A stretch of DNA of 61,368 bases, the filler included, from Sphacelaria rigidula (lineage: Eukaryota): NCBI GenBank assembly GCA_964200075.2. It is 10 parts of 10 records of this genome, joined end to end, with 100 filler letters (N's around TTAATTAATTAA, not from the genome) between each part and the next. Parts side by side here need not be neighbours in the genome. Positions count along the whole stretch, not along the records: positions 12,296 to 18,342 come from CAXNAA020022590.1; positions 18,443 to 24,489 come from CAXNAA020022591.1; positions 24,590 to 30,636 come from CAXNAA020022592.1; 7 more parts are not named here. One strand, given 5' to 3'. Each line of letters begins with the position of its first letter. Position 1 is the first letter of the stretch. Below are positions 12,731-26,549 of this stretch, in pieces. Below the pieces are notes generated by a model that had not been told where the DNA came from, did no database searches, and saw only the letters and a program-made list of their open reading frames with translations. Position numbers and translations under genes: made by a program.

Positions 12731-14267
12731 TTGAGGCACAATACCCTGGGCCGGATCTATCGCATCTCCTCGCACCAACCCCAGCACGGAAAACGTCTCC
12801 CCTCCAGCGTCCGTAATGATGGGGAATGTCACTTCACACTCTTGTAGCTCCTGTGGACGCCATCGCGAGCCAGAAAAATATCAACCAAGCAGTGTTTTGT
12901 GGCATTTAGTCTCACACCGCTGTGCCATATAGACGAACACAGCGGAGGAGTAGGAGCAGAGAGACAAACAACGTGACTCGTCCTTCTCGGGAGCCGAGAG
13001 AGCTATTCCTAGATAGGACATGGTAACAACTCGGAGGCGCTTAACGGTGTTGTGCAGATCCGCAGAAGACACAGAATGGCACTTAGCATATGTACGGTTT
13101 CGTGCAGGCGTGTGTGTGTACACGATTTTTGAAACCCTTTCAGAGGGACGATTGTCTCCCGTGATTGACCTTGCTGCGCGACTCTAGCTTTTTTCGGAGA
13201 ACTATTTGTCGCCCTCGCATAGCGATGAGTACAACAGAACGTGTAGTTAAGTACACCCCAGCGCTGCTCAATCACAAGAGGGTACCGCGACGAGCAACAC
13301 TCTTTCTGCCTGTCTGGCTTCCCCTCTGCGTCGGCAACGATGCTTCGAAAGCTTCATTAAATCTTAACTCTCTAGACTCTATGGAACGCTTCACTCAATC
13401 TGTTTGTGAGCAATGCTCTCGGCACCTTTGATCATTGAGTGTCCCACTTCAGATGTATCTCAAACTCGAGATTCCCCTGACGTTTCACAGCAATTTACGG
13501 TTACATATATGGGGAACATCGAGTTTGAGACACCTCTATTATTGACTGATCTATCGCGAATCTAGTCGTTGGTCGCAAGATACACGTGTCCCAAGTGAAA
13601 ACAGGGAAAAATAAAAAATCGCTGAACGAAACTCCGAAAAGGGGGGGAAATGGGGAGACAAAGTAGTACGGAACAAACAAAACAAACGCATATACGGCAG
13701 ACTTTCGCCCGTTCTTCACGAAAGGGTAAATTTCCTTTGCCGTATAGAAACTAGAACTGTCGACACTCTCAAGTGAACAATTGGAATTTCCGATCTATTT
13801 TCGATGAAAAATCAAAAGTTTCCCCCATTACACCCTTCCGTGATTAAACATGGCTCTGTGAACTGCTACCAGCCCCGAGGAATCTCCCCGACAACCCCCT
13901 GCGTGGGCTTGAGCGAGGAGACTGAACCAAAAATAAGGCTCGCGAACCAGGTTGCTACTCGACTCTCTGCAGATCGTGCCATTAGGTAGGAGCTCCTATC
14001 CACCGGTGAACCATATAGTTTTCTCAACAACTATATACCAAAGAATTCATGCGTTAGAGGTCACCCTGTTGCTGTTTGTCTATGATCACGATGGCATCAT
14101 CGCAGCGGTGAATCCTTGCCTGAGTGTCCTTGGCAAAGGCCCTATGGGCCGTTTTAGAGTCCACTCCGATAGCCAGCAGCTTGCAATTTCGTTCATCGAA
14201 CTCCTCTGCCATTTTGCTCAACATGCCTAGCTCAGTGGATGCCACCGGATCATTGTTACGAGGGTAG
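12731..14267 (-). CDS. 1-Cys peroxiredoxin (Prx6)-like protein, partial: exons 14267-14120 and 12850-12731
   Basis: Spliced peptide YPRNNDPVASTELGMLSKMAEEFDERNCKLLAIGVDSKTAHRAFAKDTQ|ELQECEVTFPIITDAGGETFSVLGLVRGDAIDPAQGIVPQ follows the Prx6 pattern HPxDFTPVCTTE..EFxKRNxKL..SVD..H..KD..PII.D. Splice phases agree, using a GC donor (CAG|GCAAG) and a GTGAG donor. Confidence 0.8.
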
Positions 14268-17200
14268 CTGCCGTGATGGTATACGTATAGCGGGGTCGAC
14301 GAACGCCAAGGTGTAACAGGTAAACGTGCAAGATGTGGGATGGCAAGCGGTCCATGGTGAGCACTCGTGGTTCATTATATTGTCGACGAGGACATCCATC
14401 CTACGACTGCCCATTTTGAGAAGCGGGAGAATGGCGCAACATCCCATGAACCGGATGCCTCCAAGCTTCCATTGCAGGAGTTTCCATTGGGTTGTGCTAG
14501 AAAGGAGGCGCTCGATTCAAGGCCGTGCCGAAGTACGGTGGAAACCCGGTTGCGCACAACATGCGGTAAGTTCTCCTAGACATGTCATCAAGATTGTGAA
14601 AAAAAATGCGTTGTGCTGGAAATTTCGATTGTATAGTATGTCCTGCTCAGGGTCGTTCTCGTCGAGGGGTGTAATTTCGGAAAATTTCCATGTACTGTTC
14701 CAATTTCCACCTGTGAGAAAGTGAAAATCCCTGTGTGCATGCTTGACGGTTTGGGGCCCGCGTCCACATTCCATATATCATCACACCGCGAAATCATATC
14801 TACATGCAGTGCAGTCATGATGTGTTCTGTATCGGGGCTGTACGTGCCCCAATCTGCATGAGACGAGTAGCAATCAATGCTGATTTTCGGGTGTGCCTAC
14901 TTTCCAAATTCGAAATGGAAACGAACGTTATATGAAAAAAAACTATTCTCGTTTTCAAATCATAGATTGAATAAAGAGATACTTTGAAAAAAGAGAAAAT
15001 GTGTACGTACGGAAAACGTGCAATATTGGACAAGAGGTCGCTTCGTTGCGTCGTTGGGAACGACCCTTACACAAGGAGCCCGCCCTCGTGATCGTCTAGC
15101 CTACGGCAAGTTGTATCGTACGCCTACGCTTGAAAGTCAAAACAATCGCGAAACATTCGTTTGTAGGCACGTGTGTGGACTGGATTGGCATCATCGTCCG
15201 CAGTGCACGGCGTCCTCACGTGAGAATGATTCCCCACCCTCCGTCGATATACGAGTGCAGAGTGATCACGCCCATGTGGGAGTCGCACGTGAAATTTGGG
15301 ATCTCATCGCCAATCTGGAGTGGCCTCGGCTGCGAGCCCGCTCTACTGGTCTGCTGACTCAGGCTGTCCTCGTCTTCCCCCGACATTCTTATGCTGCAGA
15401 TGTCGCCGTACTATCCTAGTAAAGGATATGTCATCCACCGTCGGCGTCGAACACCCTTCTCGAGGATATGACCTGTAATGGGAAACGATGACAACGTCTA
15501 AGTGGTGTATGCTGCACGTGTCGTCGTACTCCATCTTAATAATGACCAGAGAAAAGAATCACGGAACAATGTTTAACCTGGGTAGTGTCACGTTTTCTAC
15601 TAGCCTCGCCGAAAAGAAGGGTTTGTTGGAGTTTGTGAAAAAACAGATGCTATACCGTTGATACTTGATTCGAGCGCCAGGTTTGCCCAAGGTGGAAATG
15701 CACACACGAGAATTTGCTCAATTTCGAAAATCATCTTCCACTGCAAAAGCTCACTGTGTACTTTTTTCGACGTAAAACTCATGCTGAATTACAGTAGCGA
15801 TCGTGCACTGATATCACACATGTTATGCAGTATGAGCTGCAGTCATCGGCACGGCAAGATAAACGCAATTCATGATATGCGGTACCGCGCGAATTGCTGC
15901 GATACTCAAATTTGATTCTCCTTTGGCTTCGTTTTTCCATTGGTGCGGAGATCAAAGTTTGGTGGGAGTCGAGGAGTATAAAGCTGGGAATTTCAGCTAC
16001 CCAGGAGAATTCGATTTGCTGTGGTCCATCTTCCATATGTGAAAGCTGTCGGCACTAGCGTGGTGCGGTTCCAGGGTCTGGGGTGGAGATGCGGGCAAAT
16101 CTAAATAGATACACCCCGTATATAACGATGATATCTAACTGGAGACTTCACGTCCCGTGGTTACAAGTAAAGATGCCCCGAACCTAAAATTGATCCAACT
16201 TTAAACGAGTTGTCTTATTGGTGCGGAGGATGTGATCCGGAAAATCGTTCTACCACGCCATGAGTATAATCTTGACATCCTCAAGATCCATGGTGTGGCG
16301 CGAGAGAGTCAGCTGCCCGTAACCCCGCAAGGCGGGGTCCCGCTGGGGGGTGGTACTCATGCAAGGCCGGACGAATTCCGTTCTCTCTCGACACACGTTC
16401 GCCCACTTCAGCCCAAACTTGGAGAAATACTATTTTACTTTTGTTCATAAGGCAAACCAATCTTCTGGCCTTCATTCGTGCCGTCTGGGTGATGCTTTCC
16501 GGTCCGCTGGTGCGAACACCTCGTGTGCGGACAACTGCCCCTGCAGCATGATGCTTTGACATCATCCAGCAGTTTTCGTCGAGGCGTGTTTCTCCTTGAT
16601 AAAAAAAAAAATGCCAAGCGCAGCACTAAGGAACGAAAAAGGTCCACTCTTATCGCCTTGCCGCCCGATGCGCTGCAACTCATCCTCAGCTCAAAGTATG
16701 CAGCGGTTCATTTTTGCAGCACTCACTTGCATTCTGGCACGTGCTACGGCGTTTGTACCAAGAGCTAACCTCTGGCGGAGTGGTCATGCAACAGGAATGT
16801 GAGAGACTAATACATCATCTCTGTATGACAATCGATCACCACAACAGTACAGTGTATGTCGTGGGTAATCGAAGACACATGTGCGCCCCCGACCGAACAC
16901 ACACGCTACATTATTCAGTAGCTTCGATGTCATATTGTCGTATCTCTAGCTTGAGCTGACCCTTAGTATCTGTGGAAGGGGTCTTGTGGTGAGGTTTGCT
17001 TCGTTGGTACGGGACGGCGGTCCGAAGTCCGAGAAAGAACGTGGGTGAGCTTTCATGCGCATGAAGAGTACCTGTATCTTGGGCAAGTGGGTACCCTCAT
17101 GTTTAGGTCAGTTGTGATTAAACTGCCCCGAGACTATCACTCTTCGTCCCGATGAGGCTCTGGTCGCTTCGCATCAAGAGGTTCCTGTTTTTCGTGTCAG

Positions 17201-18342
17201 AAGTTCCCTGATACATGCGTATCACTATAGCTTGATCAAAGTGTTCCCTGGTCTTGTGCAGCTCACTTTCAATGTTCCTGTAATACTCGTGGGGACGGTG
17301 AATAACACCCTCCCGGCATGGGCGTGCGGTCGCAATTTTCCGCGTTTCACATTCAGGGTCTTTACTCCCGGGAGAGCTGGCTCCAACGTGTGATACCACA
17401 TGAAGCAATAGTACGGTCAAGCAAAAGAAAATTGACAGGACTACCAGTGGTAGCGCTGTGCTCAAGCCGTACAGCGGAGTATACTATAATTTGGGCAAAT
17501 TAACCCTTTGAGGGCTGGGCCTCGTTTCGGTATAATACTTCGGCTGACGGCCCCGCGGGATAAGTGCAGTCATGCACCGTCTTTAAAAATATCTGAACAA
17601 CGTGCAGTGCAGACAGTGCGATCTGTACCGCCTGGATACAGCAGGATGTTGATGACAGTTTGCATACTGTAGTACAGCGGTCTGCGAATAAAAGATTCTC
17701 GCACCGTGGTCATTCGGCGGTGCACAGGAGATGATGGGGTGGTGATGACCCCATAACCGCTGGCCAGAGGCTATTGCTTGCCGGTGTTTTATGCAGGCCA
17801 TGTGTTGTGCGACGAAGCGTCGACGGTTAGCCACTAAAGGTTATCTTTGAACCATACAGGATAAGACAGTGCGCGGTATTCTGTCATCCCTCATCCAGTT
17901 GAAGTTGCACTTGGGACTGTCATCGAGCTGTCGCACACAAGACCGTGGCTGCAAAGATGGGTACATGTGATGTTGGACGCACGTTACATGTTTTTTCTCG
18001 ACTCATGCTTTGCCGCTGGAGTTGTCAAATTGATCTATTCAGATAGCAAGTGAAATATTCATTTGTGTCTATATTGATTTCATTGTATTGTACTTCCATA
18101 TCACCCACTTACCCCCGATAACACCCCCTTCTGCAGAAATCCGAGGTCCTGAATCGCCCACCCGCGTAATACCGTGTTTTCAATTTTGGCGAAGTCGCCG
18201 TTTTTCGCGCATTTTGGGGGGTCAATCTGAGGGTTCCGGCGCCAAAAGAACCCTCCCCCGATCATTCCTCGGCTCGGGAAGTGGCGATACCAGAAAATAA
18301 AGCAACTCATTGTAGGCTGTCATCCAAATGCAAGATAATCAG

Positions 18343-18442
18343 NNNNNNNNNNNNNNNNNNNNNNNNNNNNNNNNNNNNNNNNNNNNTTAATTAATTAANN
18401 NNNNNNNNNNNNNNNNNNNNNNNNNNNNNNNNNNNNNNNNNN
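18343..18442. other. Artificial contig spacer
   Basis: N44-TTAATTAATTAA-N44. Confidence 0.98.
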
Positions 18443-20688
18443 CGTCCTTGGCCAAGGGTGGTGGTGAGAAGGAATCACTCCTTGAAGGTGATTCCGGCCC
18501 TACACCCGCCGAAAAGACCCTCGCCACGCCGTACAGACAAGACCGGTCATGGCCGTCGTTGGAGGACGGGGAACGGACAGTCATTGTGAAATAGTCACTT
18601 GGGCCCGATTTCCATTTAGTTGGACTGGCGGCCGCGCGATGTGTATATGTGGGCGTAGCGCACTCCGCCACAACGTGTGAGAAGTAGCAACTCCAATTGT
18701 AGGGAAAAAACGAACGAAGTACACCAGCAGCCCCACAGAATTTTCCCCGTTTTCCGTGGGAACGTGGGGGCAGCTTTTCAGACGTGTCCGCTCAGCCAGT
18801 CAGCGCACTTTGAAATGACGAAGCGAGCGGTTCAGCGAGGTCACGAGCAGCAACGCGCAACACATCCGCGCATTGGACCCCTTGCATTAGAAATTTTCCG
18901 CTTTTTCGACAGCACCCGACGGGAAACAAGATGGATCTGCCGAGGTTCAAGCTCACCTCAACACAGTGTACCACCAACGAGAAACACAAAACGTGTTCTG
19001 GCCGGGTTTTTTATTGTACTCAGTGTTGTGTTGTGCAAACCATCACCGTGCGTGCCCTTGGCCCACAGGGCTCGTCCGCTCACGCAGACCCCCAGCTCTA
19101 TTTCATGAAAACCGGGTTGTGATCAAACACACTTGAACTAAAAAATTGGGAGCGCTGGGGACCACATGAAGTCCTTCCGCCGCGCCCCCAATTTTGGCTC
19201 CAAGTGTAAGCGATCACAACGCGGCACTTACACCGTGCGTTGCCTTCGGCCGGCAGTGGTCTCTATTTTAGTGGGTCACGGTTGACGCGTTATAAACAGC
19301 CAAGCTCTCGTGTTTCGTTGTGTAAAAGCATTGGTCGAGAAGTATGAAAGATTCGGTGCGCTGGTTTGGCAGGAGGGTTGGCGGGGAGGCGGTGAATAAT
19401 ACGTGAGCGAGAATGGGCCGTTACTGCGTGATTGTAAAAAATGAAGAGTGTGAGAAATGGTGCCGAGTGCACCGCAAGAAGCCTAGATCCGAGTTTGAGT
19501 GTCGGCGACACACTTTTTTTTTTATGTATTTCGTGTCGAAGCACTATAAAAAAGACAGCGTCGCATGGCAGAAAACAAACACGATTTGTGGTGTCGTGAA
19601 GCGGTGTTATGAAAGAGTAACGCTGAAAGGGGGGGGGGGGGATATTGAGCAAGGACTCGAACTCGATTCCCGGTGTAAAGAAAACGTGTTCTACCTAAGG
19701 AGTATGAGCGGGAGAAAAAAGCGCTTTGTCGAGAGAAGAGCATGTAGTAATACACACTGTATAATTACGGTTTCATAAACAACGAACCGCTTCAATTTCT
19801 GTTCAAAACGCTTCGGAACGCAAACCTGTTTTTCTATACTATACCTCTTTCTGATGATAACGGCGAACGATATATAAAAACATGATAACGGCGCACGCTG
19901 CACCCACTCTAAATTTACGTTGAAAATAGTACAAAAAAACTCACCGGGTTCAGCAGAGATTCATCTCCGTCGGAATTTCCAAAAAAATACACAGTTCAAA
20001 CAAATCTGTTTGATGTCTGGCTGAACGGCTCGCTTCGTTATATTGATGCACGCTACAGTATCGCGACCTCCGTTGAGTTCTCAGCGAGTGTACTGAGTAT
20101 GATCCGGGTCTGGTTCAGTATGTATCACACTGTGTGTTCACGGTTTCAGCTCACGACAGACCATGTCTGTGCGTCAAAATTTAGCGCCCGACGCAGCGGC
20201 TGATTATGACCGCTTGAGGGTGATCCATAACACGAGGGTTGAACCCCGCGCGCTGTGTGGCCGCAACCACAGGGATTTCTCATGGACACATGATCCGTTC
20301 AGTGATGATCGGTTGAACGATGCTCATCGGTGACCACACACTTTCACCGCATTACCGTAGTTAACACGTAGCACGCATCACGCGTTGGACCCCTGGCATT
20401 GGCATTGGCCCGAACAGTCATCCCCCGGGGCGAGCGCGGAGGGACTTGCACTCTCATCCCAGCATAAATCGCGTGGAAGCCTCCTTACGAAAACCGCTGC
20501 GCTCTCGTGCGCCCCAGATATTTTATATATTCAACAAGCCGCATGGGACCCGGGGCTGCGCCCCTGTCCCGTCCGTCTTTTTTCGAGGGTCTCGGTATTC
20601 TTGCCTTGCCAAGCCCTCGTGAGAATAGACCCTCTCTCGGAATGTTCATCTTGCTAAAAAAACAAACACACACGTAAACTCCTCCAGG

Positions 20689-23556
20689 ATTGCGGGTATA
20701 AACGACGAGCAGAGGCGAGTATTTAAGACAGGAGGGCAAGGGGGAGGGCGGGGGGAAGCCGCTAAGCTACTGTGGAAGATCTTCACGTCTACAGTACAAG
20801 ATTTCGCCCTGGACGTGGGGGACTTCGCCTCGTGCACGACTGACAGCGGCTCCGACGTCAAATCGATGTGCGTGAATCACGCAGGCAGAGTTGGGGTCGA
20901 GTGGGACTGGTGCGTGTCGCACATGGCCAATGAAGCATGCGAGTACGGTTTCGGCACGGCCGCAGACCCCGCCAAGTCGAAGAACCCGGCAGCACGAGAG
21001 TTGATTCAAAAGCTCATCAAGGTGGTACAGAGGCTCAACGAGTCTTCGACGTGGCGGGCGCAACTCGAGGGCATTCAGGTGAAGCCACCTGATATGAAAA
21101 CACACATTTTCTTCACTTTCACCCGGCGTTTTTTTTTTCTTCCGTGGTTTCGTCATGTCTCGTCCACTTTCAACAACGCTTTCGTGAGAATCGAGAGTAG
21201 GGTATACGATCGACAGTGAGGGACTGATATCGTCGAGTAGGACACCGCTTTACAGGCAACGAAAGCAAGCGAATGATGGAATCCACTCTCTATCAGCGCC
21301 CCCCTCTCAATATCACGAAAAACATTGTTTCTCGAGTTTTGTGGTGGTACGTCGTGTTTTGTCATCATTTCACCCTTCAGGTTTCGTCACATGAATTTTG
21401 CCGTAGCCTATTTTGCGTAATGTTGCGTTTTTTTTGTGTGTTTTGCGTTTTTTCTTTCATCTCATACAGTTTCGTTTCATCTGGTCGTTCTCTTGATTTA
21501 TTTTTGCGAACTAATGTCTCGCGCTTTCAGGCGACGAAAAGCGCACGAGCAAATTGTACCTTTGAAACGTGAACCCACAGATTTTGCCAAATCGTTTGAC
21601 ACGTTGATGTACCTCCAGTCGTGGGATGGTCATGGGAGGATGCCTCGATGCTTCCGTGCAGCATTCCTGTCCCTCTACGGCTTCGGATAACAGTGAGGTT
21701 GAAAGATCCGACTGCCTCCCCCTTGTTGCTTTTGAAAGATGGAGGATTTGGGGATGTCCCTGAAAATCGTGAAGCACGCACCTCAGCGGTGGCTGAGTCT
21801 AAACAGGTCCTTCAGGGGCGTTATCCGTCTGTGGCACCAGCTTCGGAAGTTGCATGCCCTCAACGGCGACGCCTTCCCCCTGGACCAGGGCAGCAACCGG
21901 GGCGGTATCCTTCAATTATATTCGATCATGGAACCCATCGTGAACATCCCGCGTGACGGGCAGCATGGTAGCGTTCCGATGACAGCAGAGATGCACATGG
22001 CGCTCAGCAAGCTCAAGGCTACGACACTCGATTCAACCAAGCCCTTGAAGGTAGGTACAGTATTTCTCTTTCGTTTCCGCTATGGTTGTAGGACGGCGGA
22101 ATCAACACATTTCCCACCTGCACTTGATTGATCGGCCACGCAGGCGCTCAGCGTCAACACTTTGCTACTCTCAATATTTCAACACTTGCAAAAATAATGC
22201 TGGCAATGAAATTGATGTCAAGATCAAGAAACCCTTGGAATGTGAGGGTAAATTGGTGTGGATATCTTTGGGCGGGAGCAGATATCGAAAACCGACTAGA
22301 TGGTGGATTCTTGTCGTGTTTTCGTGCTGTCTAGCCATGGCCCAAGTTGTCACAGAACACAATTGACGAGACATTCACGATTGGAGTCGGCTGTTGAGCC
22401 AGCCAACATGTGTGTCATCACGTCGACCTCCCCCGAATATATGTTCTGTCGAAATTACTCTCTTCCCCCTCCTGCCGGTGTATTTCATCCCCCCCTCCAT
22501 AGGTGTAGAAGCTCCCCCCTGCTTCAGTTGCAGAGGAGTAGTTGAAGGCCCGCGTCAACGAAGTTCTCCCGTCCGAGATGGTCCACCCCAACGACCTCAC
22601 CGACGTTGCACGAATTACCCGCCGTGAACTCTCCGCCACTTTCGTGTCGAGGTTCGTTGGCCGCGTGTGGGATGACACCGCTGTGGACCCGTCTTTTTTC
22701 AAAGACGCGACAGTCATGCTCACGTCGTCGTTCCACTCGGGGAAGCACTTGGACCTGCTGAAGCTGGTTGCGGGCGACGACAGTGGGCTGCCCGCTAGCA
22801 GCAAAGCGACAGTTCCAACGCCGGCGGGTGTCGTGTCTCGTACGCTCGCGGACACTTGGACAGAGATTCGCGCCCGGGCGATCAAGGCGGGGCTATCGGA
22901 GATGAGCAGACGTGAGGATACCGATGAGGCGCGAGAGGCCAAGCGCCTGAAGATGATGGTGACCCAGCCGAGCAACGCTTCGAAACGCAGCGACGACGAC
23001 GAGTGGGGGATGTTCGCCAGCGACGATGCGGAGGACAGGGTAGATGAAGAGCTATCCCCCGAAGAGAGAGTTGAGAAGCTTGTGGATGACGAGATCGCGC
23101 GGTTCCGGACTCTCAACGTGAAGCCTTCTGGTGTCCCCCCGCGGGAGGCCCTGAGGTACAGGGCGCGCCAAGGGAAGATTCGGTTCAGACTCTTGCGCAG
23201 TGTATGTAGCGCAGCAGACGTTCGGTAACCAAGCTTCTGCAGCACAGATCGAGCGTGACTTCGGTGGCGCGGGGCAGCTTTTGTCGAGCCGGAGAAGCCG
23301 CCTCGACGGTTTTTACATTGAAATGTTGCTGTTCCTTCACCTCAACTTCGCCAAGATACCGGTCGCGGTGCCTGCTTTCACCACCGCATTAATACCGTCA
23401 TTCATCCCCAGGCGCTTCACTGGGGCCGATCTTGAGCTGCGCGAGGCAAACGACTTCATCGATCCCATTGGCGCAGCGATCCCAAATGACATGGAGGACG
23501 ATCCCGATCGTCTTCAAGAGGGAGAGAACAAAAGTCAGGGCACGAATGACAGCTGA
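20689..23556 (+). pseudogene. Intron-containing hAT transposase, degenerate
   Basis: Exon ~20689-21078: TTDSGSD (second catalytic Asp) and CVSH (CxxH). Exon 21739-22050: PQRWLS (RW motif). Exon 22502-23556: ASAAQIERDFGGAGQLLSSRRSRL (hAT C-terminal domain, catalytic Glu). Two in-frame TAGs near 22505/22540 and a frameshift near 23200-23230. TIRs not identified. Confidence 0.85.
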
Positions 23557-24489
23557 TGCAACATGCCTGCGCCTGTATGTTATTGGAGTGATGCGAGTAG
23601 CATGTTATTTGGCCAAGTTTTGTTTTTGTTCTTCACGTACAATACTTGGGGCTCTTCTTCCTTGCTGATGTCGAACATTTGCATGATTTTTCCCTCTTTA
23701 CATACTCTCCGCCCTGATCACAGCTGGATTTGTTGCAATCAGCTGATAGGGTAGAAACCCAATCCATAGATCGATCATGGGTACCGCGTGGTGATTTTCG
23801 TGGTTGTTAACGCGGGTGCGGAGACTAGAGCGCTCTGGAAATAGTGCAGTAGTATGTTCCAAGTTGAAATTGAATGATTCGATTTTCATTTCGAGGAGGT
23901 AGGGCCGTAATTCCTGGCACCCACGTATTGCGGCAGTACGTAGGAGCAGGTGCAGTGGTACGCAAGAGTAGGATGTGCCCCGCTAGTGTGGTTGTATTTT
24001 TTCAGAGCACCCGGCAGTTGCGCAGTATTGACCAGGATGGACGGTATATCAATATGAAAGGTTATTTAATTGGTATTTTGGCGCATTGTTGTGTATATTG
24101 TATGCCTCCTGCGACCTCTCGTTTCTCTTGTTTTTCCTCGTTTTCTTTTCTTTTTCTGCTTCTTTGCTTGCACGTGGAATATCATCGCGTATGATGCTTA
24201 TCTTCGACATGGAAAAATGTGTACCTTCAAATGATGTAATATTTATGTATGATTCATTCGGATTGATCCAGACACAAGAATCAGGGGGAATCTGGGTATT
24301 GATTACTTGTGAAACCCGGACGTGCCTGCTTCGACAGCTTCTGGCGTCAGCGTGAGTTGACACCAGCTGCTGCATCGTGGGGGAGTGTATCGCATTCGAT
24401 AAATACCCCCCCCCGGTATTTACCGGGGTATCCCATACCGTGGTATGCGTAGGTATCATAGGTATGACATTTCAAAATAACGGATTGGG

Positions 24490-24589
24490 NNNNNNNNNNN
24501 NNNNNNNNNNNNNNNNNNNNNNNNNNNNNNNNNTTAATTAATTAANNNNNNNNNNNNNNNNNNNNNNNNNNNNNNNNNNNNNNNNNNNN
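24490..24589. other. Artificial contig spacer
   Basis: N44-TTAATTAATTAA-N44. Confidence 0.98.
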
Positions 24590-25727
24590 CCCTATCGTAG
24601 GGTGACTCTACCACCCCCCTGAGATTTAAGAAGTTGCATGGAACTGCGAGCTACGTATATTTCCGGACGCCAACGTAATCTGAGTGCAAGCAGGGAAAAC
24701 ACCCCCCCCCCCCACCTCGCCACAACCCCACCATCATTCATTATCACCCAACCCTGATGGTAAGTTGGCTCCGGAACTTCCGTGCTTGATATTGCCCCAC
24801 AGCAGAGGTTAAATCTATGCCGTTTGTCCGAGAGGGCGCCCGTGGGAGGGGCCAGCGTTGTACGTTGCATCGCGACTGTGCACTGCGAAAGCATCCTGTG
24901 GGAAGGCACAGAGATTGTTGAGGATACACGGAGCACGACCCAGAATAGTGTGAAGGCTTGGTAGTGTGCAGAACTCCTCTTACTTGGGAGTAGCAGATTT
25001 CCTCTGGTCTACGGTTTTCGATATAGAGCGTGTCTGTGTGTAGAACGGCATTTGGCCGTTGGCACTATCTGTTTTCTCCCTTTCCCTTCCTCCACCTTTA
25101 CGCCCCACGGGCGCTCCCCACGGGAGGACCCAGGAAATAATACAAGCTATCAAACGACCTACCCCTCTCATTCCGTCACGGGTCACCCCACTCCCGATCA
25201 CGCTAGCGGGTTATAACTCGGGACACTGGGCGTGGCACCATGGAAGATCGCGCGGTGCTCAAAACAGATCATGTGGGCCATCACAGTAACCAGATTCAGA
25301 CGGAGGATCAAACTCGAGGACGATATGTACAATCTAGTTCCCACAAAGCCATACAATGCAGAACAGACAAGGGGTCCTATACGCAGAACAGACAAGGGGT
25401 CCTATACGCAAGCGCATGAAAGTATAAAGGCCGATAATTTATCGCATATATTCCTCCTAGGATGAGAAAGTCGTGGCTTCGCCACTCAGCGGCTGAATAC
25501 AAATGGCCTGACACTAGACAGCTGTTTGCCTGAACTGGTTCTTAACGTATGAACGTTTCTGAGCACCAAATTGTCATTGGTACGTAAATGTTTCGGAAAT
25601 GTTTTGCCAACTCTTCAACATTGGCTCAAACAGTCGCCCGAAAGCCTTAGTCCGCGCTGCATTTTAACTAGGCTTCGATATCGGATGACATAGTGAGTTG
25701 TTTTCGGGTGCGTTCACTGCTTCGGCC

Positions 25728-25968
25728 GGTCGCCCAGGTGGTCTGGTGGTCTAACCTCGAACCCGCTAGCAGCAAAGTCTGCAGTTCAATTCCAAGCTAT
25801 GGTGATTATTCTACGACGTTGCCGGTGATAGCGATAACACAGCTGAAAAGCTCGTGAGTACCAAACTTCGACTTAGCACGTTGGCGAGGGGAAGGAATGG
25901 CTACTTTTCTCGCGGTAAAGTCTAAGGCGCGCACCGCAGGAGGAATGTGGGGCAAAAAAGAAACAGAA
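25728..25968 (+). mobile_element. tRNA-headed SINE, family 2 (diverged)
   Basis: ggtcgcccaggtggtctggtggtctaacctcg head and a gttcaattcc B-box. 3' block tctcgcggtaaag..gcaccgcaggagg plus A-rich tail is shared with 44190-44440. Confidence 0.65.
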
Positions 25969-26549
25969 AGAGGAGGAAAACGTGTAGTGTTTACCCCCTC
26001 CTGTGTGACCCCGGCGGAAACGTAGTTGTACCGAAAAAATGCACTGAAAAGGCGAAGTACACTGAGCCAAAAGGTGTAGAATACCGAAAAGGTGTACCAA
26101 CGATCGAGTCAATGGGACGAAAGCACACGCACACCTGTACACGAAACGTGCACCTCGGTTGTAAAATCGGGTGCCCGGTGTGCTGGTCACGGAATGCGTT
26201 TTAACACTCGATTTATCAGTTACTTTGGAAGTCTAGTTGATTCATTGAAACGTTCTTATTCATCTCGCCTTCGATTGACGAGTCTTTTTCTAGACGGCGT
26301 TGTCCTTCGCGCACACACCATGCTTTTTCGTGGCTCTTGAGATGGAAAGCCGGGGAAGTCGTTGTTGTTTTTATCTTGCCATTACAAACCATCCCGGTCT
26401 CTATCCACTATCTTAATCTGTCCTACTCTCTGCGTACTATTCCAGCACTTGACGCGGTCAATTCCCGTGGTCATAGGCTAGCTTACGCCAAAGAAGGTAT
26501 CCTGAAACGAAATGGATCCGAAGGGGCAGCAGAGCGAAAAAAATAGGAA

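Noticed and set aside
17118..17465. 115-aa ORF with a signal-peptide-like start
   Set aside because: It has a non-ATG start, no recognisable domain and no supported splice partners.
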